This document shows positions 29,848 to 37,884 of a DNA stretch of 64,000 bases, in pieces (position 1 is the stretch's first letter; each line of letters starts with the position of its first letter). The stretch spans positions 37,917 through 101,916 of the forward strand of contig NZ_JACSWA010000582.1 in NCBI RefSeq assembly GCF_016888125.1. Reading direction: 5' to 3'. Source of the DNA: Spirulina sp. CCY15215. Lineage in GTDB: Bacteria > Cyanobacteriota > Cyanobacteriia > Cyanobacteriales > Spirulinaceae. The translations under genes were made by a program, and so were the position numbers. The notes below the pieces were generated by a model. That model was not told the DNA's origin and ran no database searches. It worked only from the letters and a program-made list of their open reading frames with translations.

Positions 29848-30783
29848 TTATTCCTCTTCTTTTTGCTGTTTATACCAATTTACCATTTTTTTAAACCCTT
29901 CTTCAAAGGTATAGTATGGAGTCCAACCCAATTCAGATTGAATCTTACGATTATCTGCCACCCAAACATTAGTATCCCATTGGCGATTGGGCATCGATCC
30001 CCATTCTGGTTTTGCCTTAATTTTGAGAACTTTACGGGCTATTTCTATGACATCTTGTAGGGTTGTTTGTTTTCCCGTTCCCACATTATAGACTGCACCT
30101 AATTCACCAGTATCCATCATCGCCGCTAATAAATATGCTTCAATAACATCATCAATATACACATAATCGCGAGCAATTTTAGGATTAACTAATGGGGGTA
30201 ATTCTCCTTTTAAACCTTGTGCGATTAATGTTGGCATTAAGCGAGTCGGTTCTTCATAAGCACCATAAACAGAATAGAGGCGCAAGGTGGGAATACGAAG
30301 GTTTTGATTTTGGGCAATGTAGCGACAAAATAAGGTCGCTGAGGCTTTAGTTATGGCGTAATAACTGTTGGGTTCTAACCATTCAGTTTCCGTGGGAGGA
30401 TAGTCCTTATAACCGTATTCTGAGGACGATCCAGTATTGACAAATACCTCAAAATCTGTTCTTATACAGGCTTGTAAAAGATTAACTGTACCGATGATAT
30501 TCGTGTTGATAATTTCTTGAAGATTATTTTGAGAAGAATAGGCACCATGTACGGCTAAATGAAAAATGCGATCGGGTTTGATGCGATCGACACGCTGTAT
30601 TAAAGCATCTTCATCTTCTAAATTTACGGTATGAAGTCGGAGATCGGTTTTGATATCTTGGATGCGCCAAGATTGATAATTAGGACGGACAAAAAGATGA
30701 ATTTCATGTCCTTGTTTTAGGAGTCTCCTTGTTAAATTTGCTCCGACAAAACCTGTTCCACCAGTAATTAGAATTTTACTCAT
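29848..30783 (-). CDS. NAD-dependent epimerase/dehydratase (extended SDR)
   Basis: GGTGFVG Rossmann motif and a YxxxK active site (YAITK). There is a 3-nt gap to the upstream gene. Confidence 0.8.
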   Translation of the reverse strand: MSKILITGGTGFVGANLTRRLLKQGHEIHLFVRPNYQSWRIQDIKTDLRLHTVNLEDEDALIQRVDRIKPDRIFHLAVHGAYSSQNNLQEIINTNIIGTVNLLQACIRTDFEVFVNTGSSSEYGYKDYPPTETEWLEPNSYYAITKASATLFCRYIAQNQNLRIPTLRLYSVYGAYEEPTRLMPTLIAQGLKGELPPLVNPKIARDYVYIDDVIEAYLLAAMMDTGELGAVYNVGTGKQTTLQDVIEIARKVLKIKAKPEWGSMPNRQWDTNVWVADNRKIQSELGWTPYYTFEEGFKKMVNWYKQQKEEE

Positions 30784-30837
30784 TATTATAATTTAATACT
30801 TTTGCAGGACAATTTCAAGATACTTTTCTTGACTTAT

Positions 30838-31215
30838 TTATAATTTTTTCTGACAAGTTCTTTGCAGAATTTGCCGATTGCGATGATACACCTCCAATAC
30901 GCCAGTATTGGGATCATCTAATGTTGCACCCCACACCACATATTGATAATTTCCATTGATAAATTTATAAACAGCAATTCCTTCTTGGTTTTGCACCAAA
31001 CCATCATCTAAACTTAAATTTCCTTTGGGACTTTGCGATCGATAAAGATAAGTATTGAAAAAACGAGATTGCCAAATTTCAATCTCATATTCACCACATT
31101 GGAAAATAAAGAGTAAATCAGCAGTAGAATCAGCAAAACTCGGTTTCATAAGAACCGTTGTGAGTCCCATTGATAAAGCAAAAGCCACAGAAATAAATTT
31201 TAATTTGTTATTCAT
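30838..31215 (-). CDS. hypothetical secreted protein
   Basis: 125 aa with a signal peptide (ISVAFALSMGLTTVLM). Confidence 0.4.
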   Translation of the reverse strand: MNNKLKFISVAFALSMGLTTVLMKPSFADSTADLLFIFQCGEYEIEIWQSRFFNTYLYRSQSPKGNLSLDDGLVQNQEGIAVYKFINGNYQYVVWGATLDDPNTGVLEVYHRNRQILQRTCQKKL

Positions 31216-31276
31216 GTAATTCCCTCAAATTTAATGATTATGTTGATTTTACATTATTTTACTCAATAAGCGATCG

Positions 31277-32725
31277 CTATTCCGATTCTTTTCTTTCTGA
31301 AGTTTGCTGCTGAAAGAAATTCTGCCCCAAACTGAAGGCAGTCGCTAAAAAACTTAACAGTGAATTGGCTGCTGTTTCTTGTCCATCTGTGGTAATAATT
31401 GTTGTTTTTTGTTCTTGTGGGGCGGGAAGATTTTCGGCAATTTCTGGTAATTTAGCAATCAGTTGTGCTTGAATATTCGCTTCAGAAAGATCGTTTTCAA
31501 TATTACGTCGTTGTTGTTCTAAAGCTAATTCTCGTTCTGTTTCGGCAATATTGTCAAGGTGACGCATTTGAGCTATTTCTAATTCGGTAGAGACAGTAGC
31601 GCGGGTTTGTTGTGCTTGAATTGCTTCTAATTGCATTTGTTGGCGCACATTTTCAATTTCTGCTGTTAAGCGACGCTGCTCTAATTCTAACCCTTGTAGG
31701 GCGAGTTCTAATTGTGCTTCATTGCGAACTCGTGCGGTGGTATTTTCTTCAGTAATCTGCTGACGGGAAGCATTTTCTGCAAGTTGTTGACGGCGATTTT
31801 CTTCGGTATATTCGCGATCGTATTTTGCTCGTTCTTTTGTTGCTTGTAATTGTTCTAATTGACTTTGCACATTTAATTCTGCGGTTTGGCTTGCGAGTCG
31901 ATCTTGTCGTTCGCGATCGCCAATTTCTCCAGCATTTTCTAGTTCCGCTAAACGTGCCAGTTTATCTCGATCTGCCCGAAAAGGTGCTTGTAAATTTTCC
32001 CACAATTGGGTAGAACTAACAATAGCTTCTTTGATTTGCACGGTGACAATTTTTAAACCCAATCCTTGTGAATTTTCGGTTTCATTACTTCCTTCTGCAA
32101 CGGTTCGCAAGCGATAGGTTAATTCTTCAATAATCGGTTGTTTATCGCTGAGAATCTCATCGATACTTAAGGTGGCAACTTTATCTTTAATCGCGGCTTC
32201 TGCTTGTTCTCGTAGTTGTACGTTAACAATTCCCATTGGGTCTTCGGGATCGGAAAAATCTAATTTCCAGTAAGCGGTGTCGATATCTTCAATAATCCAT
32301 TGAACATAAGCCTGTACTAAAATTCCTTGCCGTTCTAAACAAATACATCTGGCATTAATTAGAATAGTTTGAACGGCAGAAGGAATCACTAAAAAAGCAT
32401 CGCTTAAAGGATTAAAACGAAAAGAAATCCCTCTTCCAATATGAACAGGGCGATCGCGTCCCCTGCGGGTGTGAACGACATAAACATTGGGAGGAACAAT
32501 AACGCTTTTCCACCACCAAAAACCAACAATTCGATAATCTACAGCCCTATGTTTATCTTCTCGAGGTACGGGCATTTGTCGAACGGCTGCACCTGCGGCC
32601 ACGGCTTTCGGTACAGAAATGGATGCTTGGGATCGAGGACGACTTTTTTTAAGTTGGCGATCGACCTCTTCCTGTTCTTCAAGAACTTGTTGGAGATAAG
32701 TATTTTCAACCTTTTTTTTGTCCAT
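31277..32725 (-). CDS. SPFH/band-7 flotillin-like protein
   Basis: N-terminal SPFH-like region followed by more than 200 aa of Q/E/R-rich coiled coil (a flotillin-domain-like EA/Q repeat character). Confidence 0.6.
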   Translation of the reverse strand: MDKKKVENTYLQQVLEEQEEVDRQLKKSRPRSQASISVPKAVAAGAAVRQMPVPREDKHRAVDYRIVGFWWWKSVIVPPNVYVVHTRRGRDRPVHIGRGISFRFNPLSDAFLVIPSAVQTILINARCICLERQGILVQAYVQWIIEDIDTAYWKLDFSDPEDPMGIVNVQLREQAEAAIKDKVATLSIDEILSDKQPIIEELTYRLRTVAEGSNETENSQGLGLKIVTVQIKEAIVSSTQLWENLQAPFRADRDKLARLAELENAGEIGDRERQDRLASQTAELNVQSQLEQLQATKERAKYDREYTEENRRQQLAENASRQQITEENTTARVRNEAQLELALQGLELEQRRLTAEIENVRQQMQLEAIQAQQTRATVSTELEIAQMRHLDNIAETERELALEQQRRNIENDLSEANIQAQLIAKLPEIAENLPAPQEQKTTIITTDGQETAANSLLSFLATAFSLGQNFFQQQTSERKESE

Positions 32726-32796
32726 TTTTTCTCTTGATTAGAGGGAATGGTAGTTTGTGCAGGGACGATCGATATCTTAACTAATTTTAACTAATT

Positions 32797-33720
32797 TTAA
32801 CCGAGAAAATCGTGATAGTTAAACACCTCCAAATATTGCCGAGTTCGCAAGCGAATTTCTTCTATTTCTTCAGTTGATAATTCTTTCGCTGTGGCTAAGT
32901 TCGCTTCTGGGGTCGCTTTGCGAATGGTTCCCCAAGGATAAACTTCCTCTAAAGGTTTACCATTCCAACTCGGTATTTTTAAGGAATCTGCCCGTTCTAA
33001 TCCCAATTTTTCACAAACTTTTCCCAAGGTATTATAAGGGTCTTGCATAACATCTTCTGCCCGAACAATATGCAGGCGATCGCGGTACTTTTCTTGATAC
33101 AACAAAGCATAATATTGATTCAGCGTCCATCCTAACATATAATCAGCCAAAGAATGGGGGACGGGTCGTTTTTTCGTATCGGCATAAGCAGACCAAGGAT
33201 TGCGGACAACATGAAGAACATGGGCATTAGGAAAGTCTTCTAAAATCTTCGGTGCATCAACAACAAAAATAGGACTATATCCTACATAAAACTGCTCTTT
33301 TCCTGTGCGGTTATAATCTTTCCAAGCATCAAAAGTAGATTTAAAGAAAGCGGCGACATTATTGGCACGCGATCGCCCAGTTTCTGCGATATACTTCTGA
33401 TAAATTTCGCAGCGTTCATCGTCGTTAAAATCAAACTCTATATGACGAAATTTGCTCACGTGGGGCGTTCTGGCTCTGACTTTTCCTTCTTCATCAATAA
33501 TTGCCTTATAATCTTGATAGGATGTTGCATCGAGAGAAAAAACAGGGTAGCGATATTTAACGGGAAAAATAGAACTCATGCGATCGCTAACCAATTTTGT
33601 GCCAATTTGCGACTCAAAGGGATAGACAAACATTTGCGGGTGTCCATCGAGAAAACGGTGGGTTGTATTACCACCATTTTCGTACATTGCGCCTAACATT
33701 AAAAATTTGAAATCTTGCAT
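32797..33720 (-). CDS. sulfotransferase family protein
   Basis: Size and motifs (5'-PSB-like N-terminal region; VVRNPWSAY 3'-PB-like motif) are consistent with Sulfotransfer_3-type enzymes. Recalled from memory, not searched. Confidence 0.5.
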   Translation of the reverse strand: MQDFKFLMLGAMYENGGNTTHRFLDGHPQMFVYPFESQIGTKLVSDRMSSIFPVKYRYPVFSLDATSYQDYKAIIDEEGKVRARTPHVSKFRHIEFDFNDDERCEIYQKYIAETGRSRANNVAAFFKSTFDAWKDYNRTGKEQFYVGYSPIFVVDAPKILEDFPNAHVLHVVRNPWSAYADTKKRPVPHSLADYMLGWTLNQYYALLYQEKYRDRLHIVRAEDVMQDPYNTLGKVCEKLGLERADSLKIPSWNGKPLEEVYPWGTIRKATPEANLATAKELSTEEIEEIRLRTRQYLEVFNYHDFLG

Positions 33721-33722
33721 TT

Positions 33723-33760
33723 TTTGGTAATGGGTAATGGGTAATGGGTAATGGGTAATG
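33723..33760. repeat. heptanucleotide tandem repeat (GGGTAAT x5, STRR)
   Basis: Directly visible between two minus-strand genes. Confidence 0.8.
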
Positions 33761-33768
33761 GGGCAGTT

Positions 33769-34950
33769 TTAATCGGTGATAAAGGAATAAAATAAACGGG
33801 TATCGCGATCGCGATCGCAGTCCTCTCCAACCAGGAAAGGAAACCCGGAACTAAACTGACAGTTTACCCAGTCAAGGGCGAAAATTTGATTACCATAAGG
33901 GAAAATTAAACTGCCTAAAATGTTTCCCGATCGTACATCGACAGCGTGCAAACTGCAAATACTTTTTTCCACGTCCAAACCAGGGGCATATTGACGAAAG
34001 CGAGGAATAACGCGAGATGTTCCCACAAAGGCAATATTCTCATAAAAACATAGTCCTCTCGTCCATCCAGGTAAGGTGGAAATAGGAGCAAATTTACCAT
34101 CTTCTACAATGCCTAATTCTCCATAGCCACTATTATCTACCCAAAGTTTATTCTTGCATAATCTGGCGGAATGAGGGCGTGTTAAACCCCGTACAATGGG
34201 TTCTCTAGTTTTACCTGAAAAGATAACTCCTCGTCCATCAACGGGAAAATCTGGATGTCCTGGACGTAATGTAGAAACTTCTGCACAAGAGGCAGAAAAA
34301 TAGGAAGTTTCGAGGGTTTCTCCGACAGCGATAGAGTTTAGTTGAATATGATTTTGTCCGAATATGGGTTCTCCCTCTTTTTCAATACAATGAGGATGCC
34401 AAACGCGCCGATACGTGCCATCATTTTTGAGTAAGGCGATCGCATTCTGTCCGACGGCATTGGCATATAAATTTCCCCCAATGATTGCCAAATCGTGAAT
34501 GTATAAACATCCAGGATAAAAACGCGATCGCACGGGAATTAGAGGGCGATCTTCTCGTTTTTCTTCGGGTATATCCAACCGAGAAATTGTATCCCTAACG
34601 GGCATTAAATCATAGATTTGGTTAGGATTGCGGGTACTGGCAATATGAACAATACCGCGATCGCGATCGACGGTTAAACCGGAAGGATGAGGCATTCTAG
34701 TATAAGTAATCCTTGGTTTTCCTGCTTTTACTTGCATTCCCATTAATAAATGCTCATATTCTCGCGTTATTAATAGGGTAATACTGCACCGTTCTAAAAC
34801 ATCCCACCAATCGCCTCTCGCTTCATATTCTAATAGTTTGGGATCGGTTTCATTAGCTTCTTGCCATTGAGAGGTAATTTGCTTATGATCTCGCCATTCT
34901 TGATGATGCTGTTCCCAAATTTCGGCTAATTCTATAGTTTGTTTTTTCAT
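33769..34950 (-). CDS. conserved hypothetical protein (possibly TIGR03032/DUF4915-like)
   Basis: About 394 aa from the Met MKKQTIE. Its ATGA overlaps the stop of the upstream GT2. The beta-rich sequence resembles a family often annotated next to sulfotransferases. Uncertain. Confidence 0.4.
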   Translation of the reverse strand: MKKQTIELAEIWEQHHQEWRDHKQITSQWQEANETDPKLLEYEARGDWWDVLERCSITLLITREYEHLLMGMQVKAGKPRITYTRMPHPSGLTVDRDRGIVHIASTRNPNQIYDLMPVRDTISRLDIPEEKREDRPLIPVRSRFYPGCLYIHDLAIIGGNLYANAVGQNAIALLKNDGTYRRVWHPHCIEKEGEPIFGQNHIQLNSIAVGETLETSYFSASCAEVSTLRPGHPDFPVDGRGVIFSGKTREPIVRGLTRPHSARLCKNKLWVDNSGYGELGIVEDGKFAPISTLPGWTRGLCFYENIAFVGTSRVIPRFRQYAPGLDVEKSICSLHAVDVRSGNILGSLIFPYGNQIFALDWVNCQFSSGFPFLVGEDCDRDRDTRLFYSFITD

Positions 34951-35648
34951 CTTTCTTTCTTCCCTTTTTTCTGTTGCCAAATTTGCCATGCCCCCCAATA
35001 TAACTTAAATGCAGACTTTAAATTGGTCGTCGATCGCCCGCTATGACGAGAAGTTGAAAAAATCGGTACTTCTAGGACAGGATAACCTTCTTGGCGACAA
35101 ATAATATTAAATTCTGCGTCAATTAAATCGTCATCGCGAGTTAATTGGAGTAGGCGATCGCACTGTCGGGGAAATATTTTTGGAGTTCCGTTAATATCCC
35201 AATAAGAAAGATCGAACAAAGTACGACATTCTAAGTTATACAATAACGACCCCAAACGACGAAACCAATTATCGCGTATTTTACGATTGGCTTTAATAAT
35301 AACTTGAGGATAAACTACTGCATATAATAATAATAATGTCAAGTCTTTAGCGCTGGTTCTGGCAGAATTAGTATAACAAATTAAATCCCCTTTAGCCGCA
35401 GTAATTCCTAATTTTACTGCCAGTCCCCAACCCCCTTCTTTACTGTAAACAATGCGAACCGATGGATATTCTTTAGCTAATGCTTGACAAACTTCCAAGG
35501 AGCGATCGCGGCAATTATTCACCACTAAAATGAGTTCGTGAGGGTGTTGAATTTTCTCTAATGCTTCTTCATATTCTTGCACGATCGCGCCAATATGATC
35601 GGCTTGATTATAAACAGGAAGAATAATTGAAATTAATATTTTATCCAT
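34947..35648 (-). CDS. glycosyltransferase family 2
   Basis: ISIILPVYNQADHI and the ..D.D region are typical of the GT2 (Dpm1/polyprenyl-phosphate GT-like) GT-A fold. Confidence 0.75.
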   Translation of the reverse strand: MDKILISIILPVYNQADHIGAIVQEYEEALEKIQHPHELILVVNNCRDRSLEVCQALAKEYPSVRIVYSKEGGWGLAVKLGITAAKGDLICYTNSARTSAKDLTLLLLYAVVYPQVIIKANRKIRDNWFRRLGSLLYNLECRTLFDLSYWDINGTPKIFPRQCDRLLQLTRDDDLIDAEFNIICRQEGYPVLEVPIFSTSRHSGRSTTNLKSAFKLYWGAWQIWQQKKGKKER

Positions 35649-35666
35649 TAATAATTAGCAGGTGAA

Positions 35667-36296
35667 TTAAGCAATCGTTATAATTTGGGTTAATCTCTTT
35701 AAAATTCGCAAAACTTCATATAAATCCCCAGAATTTCGGATTCCAAATAATCGAGATGTTGCATATTGCGGTACATTAGTTTTCAATAATTTGACAAATA
35801 AAAAGCTCCCTCCCGTTGTCACCATACCATAAGTCGGTTTTTCTGGATGGGGATTTGCCAGCATATAAACCAGCAATTGTGGTAAACCTTCCTCTGTTGA
35901 AAAAGCAAATTTTTTCGATTCAATCACCATAACCCAAAATCGTTCTTTTAGCACTAAACTATCAATGCGTCCTCGCACTAGAACATCTTCATCTTCAATC
36001 GCAATATCAATTGATTTTTCTGATTTTACATAAAATGGATCGAGAAAAAACCCTCCAATAAACAAAATTGGATCTAAAATTGCCATTTTCACCACACCTT
36101 CTAACATGGGAGGATATTCCAGTAAATTAAAATATCCCTCCTGTACTTGGTCGAGAAGTTGCTTCTGTAAGTTGGTAATCTCAGGAAGGTTTTCTTGCCA
36201 TTCTCGGAAGAAATTCTCATCTCTATTGAAATGAATACCAAAATTATCGATCGCATAGCGCATATCGACATTTTGAGCTTGAATAGTTTGTACCAT
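35667..36296 (-). CDS. hypothetical PD-(D/E)XK-like protein
   Basis: A D...E.K arrangement (RIDSLVL...VMVIESKK) suggests a restriction-endonuclease-like fold. No family named with confidence. Confidence 0.3.
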   Translation of the reverse strand: MVQTIQAQNVDMRYAIDNFGIHFNRDENFFREWQENLPEITNLQKQLLDQVQEGYFNLLEYPPMLEGVVKMAILDPILFIGGFFLDPFYVKSEKSIDIAIEDEDVLVRGRIDSLVLKERFWVMVIESKKFAFSTEEGLPQLLVYMLANPHPEKPTYGMVTTGGSFLFVKLLKTNVPQYATSRLFGIRNSGDLYEVLRILKRLTQIITIA

Positions 36297-36312
36297 TTTA
36301 AATTTCTCCTTT

Positions 36313-36885
36313 TTAATATTGGGATAAATTCAAACTAAATCCGGGTAGCACATTCTCCCCTGATAATATTGCAGAAAGATTTTTAATTTCTTGTTCTTTT
36401 CCTTGGCAATAAATTTCGACTTGCTGTTGTTGGGGATTGATTAACCATCCTAATTTTACCCCTGAATCTATGTATTCTTGCATCTTCGATCGCAATAATT
36501 CTAAACTATCGGTTGCCGATCTTAATTCAATGATAAAATCGGGAGCAATAGGAGGAAATTTGCGTCTTTGTTCGGGAGTGAGTGCTTCCCAACGTTCTTT
36601 CTCAACCCACGCAGCATCAGGAGAACGATCTGAACCATTGGGTAATTTGAATATTGTTGAAGAACTAAAGGTGTAACCGAGATTGGTTTGACGATTCCAG
36701 ATCACTAAATCGGCAATTAAATTGGACTCTCGATTGCCACTTTCTCCGCCAACTGGTGACATAATAATTAATTCTCCTTTAGCTGTTCGTTCAAAGTTTA
36801 GTTCGCGGTTATTTTGACAGATGTGATAAAATTGCTCGTCGGATAGGCGAACGGCTTCCAAGTTTAATGTTAAGGTATTCATCAC
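36313..36885 (-). CDS. Uma2-family (DUF820) endonuclease
   Basis: Shared motifs with the copy at 59933-60547 (SPDAAWV.KERW..LT.EQ, PDF..ELRS.SD, LGWLI.P....VE.Y) and PD-(D/E)XK residues. Confidence 0.75.
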   Translation of the reverse strand: MMNTLTLNLEAVRLSDEQFYHICQNNRELNFERTAKGELIIMSPVGGESGNRESNLIADLVIWNRQTNLGYTFSSSTIFKLPNGSDRSPDAAWVEKERWEALTPEQRRKFPPIAPDFIIELRSATDSLELLRSKMQEYIDSGVKLGWLINPQQQQVEIYCQGKEQEIKNLSAILSGENVLPGFSLNLSQY

Positions 36886-36960
36886 TAATACTTGAGTTCA
36901 ATAATACCCTGTATTATATCATAATTATATCATCAAGCTATTGATTTACGTTAATTTTAT

Positions 36961-37884
36961 TTATCTTTTCTGAAGTGCTATTTTTGCACTTTGCACGAGA
37001 TATTCTACAGATAATCTATGTAAAGAAAGTAAATAATTTCGATTTCCCGATATGCTAGTGGGTTTATTTTTGATTCCACAACGAAGTAAGCGACAGTTTA
37101 ATTTTTCTTCAGCTATTACTTCCGCTACAAAAGAACCCAAACCGCCAGTAATATAATGTTCTTCTACTGCGATCGCAACTTTAAACCTCGGTAATATCTT
37201 CACAAGGTCTTCTACTGGAGAAGGATTAAAACTCGAAACGATCATCACTTGACTGGAAATTCCTTCATCTTGTAACGTTTCCATTGCTTGACTCACTTCT
37301 CGAGTAATATTGCCCATCGTAATAAACAAAAAATCTGTCCCCTCACCAATTAATTGAGTTTGTCCTAAAACAAAATTGCCATTTAATCCTGCAATTGTAT
37401 TAATATCATCTTTCCCTAAGCGAAAATAAATAGGTTCCGGTAAATCCCAAGTTTGCAATAAAGCCGATCGCGCTTGTTGATAATCTGCGGGAACAATTGT
37501 TGTTATACCAGGCTGAATTCGCATCACTCCCACATCTTCTAAAGCATGGTGAGTCGTCCCCGCATGACCGTATTCAAAACCGCCGCCAATACCCAAAATT
37601 CTCACGGGAAACTGATGTAAAATGGCACCATTACGAATAAACTCATAAGGTCGCAAAACGGCAAACGTGGCGATAGAATAGAGAAAAGGAATAAAACCCG
37701 CTTCTGCTAAACCCGTCGCCAACCCCACCATATTCTGTTCCGCGACTCCAACATTAAAAAAGCGATCGGGGAATTTCTCCGCAAACGGTTCAATAACTGT
37801 ATAACCGAGATCGCCAGTTAATAAGACAATGCGGCGATCGCTTTCTGCTAATTCGACAAGGGTGTTAATAAAGGTTTTTCTCAT
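36961..37884 (-). CDS. transketolase, C-terminal (pyrimidine-binding + C-terminal) subunit of split transketolase
   Basis: FFNVGVAEQNMVG, the GGFEYGHAGTTHH-type region and the TK C-terminal domain are present. Its ATGA overlaps the upstream gene. Confidence 0.8.
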   Translation of the reverse strand: MRKTFINTLVELAESDRRIVLLTGDLGYTVIEPFAEKFPDRFFNVGVAEQNMVGLATGLAEAGFIPFLYSIATFAVLRPYEFIRNGAILHQFPVRILGIGGGFEYGHAGTTHHALEDVGVMRIQPGITTIVPADYQQARSALLQTWDLPEPIYFRLGKDDINTIAGLNGNFVLGQTQLIGEGTDFLFITMGNITREVSQAMETLQDEGISSQVMIVSSFNPSPVEDLVKILPRFKVAIAVEEHYITGGLGSFVAEVIAEEKLNCRLLRCGIKNKPTSISGNRNYLLSLHRLSVEYLVQSAKIALQKR